NCBI GenBank assembly: GCA_965248925.1
Contig: CBDFLE010000006.1
Coordinates: 1,472,001-1,536,000 of the forward strand
Reading direction: 5' to 3'
Source: Candidatus Multivoradales bacterium
GTDB taxonomy: Bacteria > Acidobacteriota > Thermoanaerobaculia > Multivoradales > J023
DNA: 64,000 nucleotides
In this document: positions 61,225-64,000 of the stretch, piece by piece
Layout: every line of letters starts with the position of its first letter
Position numbering within the stretch: the stretch's first letter is position 1
Translations under genes and position numbers: made by a program
The notes under the pieces: model-generated
The model's database searches: none
Seen by the model: the letters and a program-made list of their open reading frames with translations, nothing else
Told to the model about the DNA's origin: nothing

Positions 61225-63612
61225 TTACTCGCCGTAGGGAACCCAGATATTCTTCACCTGGGTGGAACGGCGCAGCAGGTCGCGGCCGGCGGTCTGAGTG
61301 CGGTTGTGCCAATCGTAGCGCTTGCCCTGGCTGACCCAGGTGGCTTTGAGATTGCCCACTGACTCGCGCTCGACTTCAGCGCCGCCCTCGGACGAGCCGT
61401 AGAACCACATCGCCGCCACTTCGTCGTGTTGCGCCAGCACCGGTGATAGCTCGCCACGGCAGCCAGTGACAATGTTGATTACCCCGCCGGGTAGATCTGA
61501 AGTATCGAACACCTGGTAGAGATCAGTAGCCGCCAAAGGATGTCGCGACGAGGGCACCACCACCACTCGATTGCCCATCGCCACCGCTGGTGCCACCAGC
61601 GAGACGAAGGCCAGCAGCGGCGCTTCGTCCGGGCAGACGATGGCCAGCACCCCCCACGGCTCATGCATCGCCAGAGTGACGTTGCGCAGCGGCGTGGCGT
61701 GGACCTGACCATCGAATTTGTCCGCCCAAGCGGCCCAGGTGAACCAGCGATCGACCGCCGCCTCGACCTCGCGCGCCGCCGCCTTGGCCGAGCTACCACT
61801 CATCGCCCGCAGACGACCGGCCAGCTCGGCCGATCGAGCTGAGAGATTCTCACCGATGTAGTACAGGATCTGCGCCCGCAGATGCGCGGTGCTCTTGCCC
61901 CAGCCGGCCGCCTTGCGCGCTGCCTCCACGGCTTCACGGATATCTTTGCGGTTGCCAGCTCCGGCCTCGCCGACCAGGCGACCCTTGGCATCGAGCACCT
62001 GGTAACTGCGATCACCATCAGGGCGCTTCTGCTTGCCACCGATGTACATCTTGGCGGTGCGGTCGACCGCCGGGAGTGAGAAAGCGGCCTCCGGCACCTC
62101 GAGCACGGGCGGCGAAGTGGGCTTGGCGGGCTTGTTGAGCCGCCGCTCCCAGGCCGGACGCAGATACTCCCACAGTCCCTCCCGACCCCCTTCGCGGCCG
62201 AAGCCACTCTCGCGATAGCCACCAAAACCGGCGGCGGCGTCGAATAAATTGGTGGAATTAACCCACACCACGCCGGCCACCAGCTGTGGCGCGATGTCGA
62301 GGGCCAGGTTGACGTTCTCAGTCCAAACGCTGGCGGCCAGGCCGTAGCGGGTATTGTTCGCCAGCGCCACCGCTTCTTCAGGGGTGCGAAAGCTCATCGA
62401 CACCAGCACCGGGCCAAAGATCTCGACCTGAGCAATCGACGCCGCTGGGGCCACCTCGGTGAACAAGGTCGGCGGGTAGAACCAGCCCTCCTCGGGACAC
62501 GCCCACGACGGCTGCCAACAAGTCGCGCCCTCGCGCCGCCCCTCCTCCACCAGCCGGCTGATCTGTTCGAGCTGCACCGGCGCGACAATGGCGCCGATGT
62601 CGACCGCCTTGTCGAGAGGGTTGCCGACCCGCAGATTCTCCATCCGCGCGCGCAGCTTGGCGATCATCCGGTCGTGAACCCCCTCGTGCACCAGCAAGCG
62701 CGAACCGGCGCAGCACACCTGGCCCTGGTTGAACCAGATCGCATCGACCACCCCTTCGACGGCGCTATCGAGATCGGCATCGTCAAAAACGATGAAGGGC
62801 GACTTGCCGCCGAGCTCCAACGACAGCTTCTTGCCACTGCCGGCGGTCGACCGGCGGATCAGCCGCCCGACCTCGGTTGAGCCGGTGAACGCCACCTTGT
62901 CGACATCGGGGTGATTGACCAGCAACTCGCCGGTGCGGCCATCACCGGTGATGATGTTGACCACCCCCGGCGGCAAGCCGATCTCTTGCAAGATCTCGGC
63001 CAAGGCCAGCGCCGTCAGCGAGGTGTACTCAGCCGGTTTCAGCACCACCGTATTGCCGGCTGCCAGCGCCGGGGCAATCTTCCAGGACAGCATCAGCAGG
63101 GGGAAATTCCACGGGATCACCTGCGCCGCCACCCCGAGCGGCTCATGGTCGGGGAATTCGCTGTCGAGCAGCTGCGCCCAGCCAGCATGGTGGTAGAAGT
63201 GCCGCGCCACCAACGGGATGTCGATGTCGCGGGTCTCGCGAATCGGCTTGCCGTTGTCGAGGGTCTCGAGCACCGCTAGCCGCCGTGAGTGCTTCTGCAC
63301 CTGGCGAGCGATGGCGTAGAGAAAGCGGGCGCGGGCGTGGCCGCCGAGCTTCCACCATTTGGGCTGCGCTCGACGCGCCGCCGCCACTGCCCGATCGACA
63401 TCCTCCGCCCCGGCCTGAGCGACCCGTCCCAACAGACCCTTGGTCGCCGGATTGTGGCTGTCGAAGACCTCGCCACTTGCGGGCGGCACCCACTTGCCGC
63501 CCACAAAGAGGCCAAACTCACGACCATGGCGGTCGAGCCAGGCATTGGCATCGTCGGCACTCTCGGGGGCCGGCCCGTAATTCATCGTCTCGTAGGCTTC
63601 GAGGACACTCAC
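61225..63612 (-). CDS. Long two-domain aldehyde dehydrogenase (deoC-associated, ALDH16-like)
   Basis: PWNFP, FTGST, LELGGK, GQVCCAG, EIFGP, then a second partial ALDH domain; GTG start after AGGAG. Confidence 0.9.
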   Translation of the reverse strand: MSVLEAYETMNYGPAPESADDANAWLDRHGREFGLFVGGKWVPPASGEVFDSHNPATKGLLGRVAQAGAEDVDRAVAAARRAQPKWWKLGGHARARFLYAIARQVQKHSRRLAVLETLDNGKPIRETRDIDIPLVARHFYHHAGWAQLLDSEFPDHEPLGVAAQVIPWNFPLLMLSWKIAPALAAGNTVVLKPAEYTSLTALALAEILQEIGLPPGVVNIITGDGRTGELLVNHPDVDKVAFTGSTEVGRLIRRSTAGSGKKLSLELGGKSPFIVFDDADLDSAVEGVVDAIWFNQGQVCCAGSRLLVHEGVHDRMIAKLRARMENLRVGNPLDKAVDIGAIVAPVQLEQISRLVEEGRREGATCWQPSWACPEEGWFYPPTLFTEVAPAASIAQVEIFGPVLVSMSFRTPEEAVALANNTRYGLAASVWTENVNLALDIAPQLVAGVVWVNSTNLFDAAAGFGGYRESGFGREGGREGLWEYLRPAWERRLNKPAKPTSPPVLEVPEAAFSLPAVDRTAKMYIGGKQKRPDGDRSYQVLDAKGRLVGEAGAGNRKDIREAVEAARKAAGWGKSTAHLRAQILYYIGENLSARSAELAGRLRAMSGSSAKAAAREVEAAVDRWFTWAAWADKFDGQVHATPLRNVTLAMHEPWGVLAIVCPDEAPLLAFVSLVAPAVAMGNRVVVVPSSRHPLAATDLYQVFDTSDLPGGVINIVTGCRGELSPVLAQHDEVAAMWFYGSSEGGAEVERESVGNLKATWVSQGKRYDWHNRTQTAGRDLLRRSTQVKNIWVPYGE

Positions 63613-63708
63613 GGCTTCTCCTTCAGAGGCGCATCCAATTCTCGGACCGAGGCGGCACAAGACACTTGCGGCGAGGCAGACTATGGTTCATCGCGAGTCT
63701 ACCGACTC

Positions 63709-64000
63709 TTACGCCATCGGGTGCCTGAAGAAGGCCGAATAGCGTCCGGTGGCGTGGTGCTCGAGCTGGCGCTCGATATCGGCGAGCAGGCTGGAGGCGC
63801 CGTAGCGGAACAGGTCGGGCTCGAGCCAGCGGCGACCGAGCTCTTCTTTCATCAAGATCAGCCAGGCGAGGCTTTGCTTGGCGGTGGAGATGCCGCCGGC
63901 TGGCTTGAAGCCCACTTGGTGGCCGGTGCGTTCGAGGTACTCGCGGATCGAACGCACCATCACCAGGCTAACCGGCAGAGTGGCGTTGACTTTCTCTTTG
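63709..64000 (-). CDS. deoC: Deoxyribose-phosphate aldolase, 3' part (partial)
   Basis: KEKVNATL...GFKPAGGI...FRYGASSLL. Confidence 0.9.
   Translation of the reverse strand, partial: KEKVNATLPVSLVMVRSIREYLERTGHQVGFKPAGGISTAKQSLAWLILMKEELGRRWLEPDLFRYGASSLLADIERQLEHHATGRYSAFFRHPMA

Overview
GC-rich bacterial window. The acidobacterial-type VWA, GWxTD, Oar-like TonB-dependent receptor and DUF1800/DUF1501 genes suggest Acidobacteriota (inference). Core genes include the ugd tail, UDP-glucuronate decarboxylase, yggX-like, proBA, fabH-like, folE, queD, rlmD-like, DnaC-like, SpoIID, an aldehyde dehydrogenase and deoC. An accessory zone at about 2.7-16.5 kb holds a disrupted subtilase/Ig-repeat gene, efflux-operon debris, a complete IS with TIRs, a 5-bp TSD and three internal palindromic boxes, and a duplicated vapBC with a duplicated clpX-like 3' end. 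A czcCBA block lies at 34-41 kb. The most notable items that the ORF track misses or does not explain are: (1) a leader-peptide transcription attenuator in front of proBA; (2) a PHD/EGLN-like 2OG-Fe(II) hydroxylase fused to a KOBITO1-like glycosyltransferase; (3) an unannotated CxxU Rdx-family selenoprotein with a SECIS hairpin; (4) a His-rich exported leader with an RGPP arrest-like motif ahead of czcCBA; (5) two tandem SWIM/pseudo-SNF2 half-proteins. All calls come from motif recognition by eye; no database searches were run.
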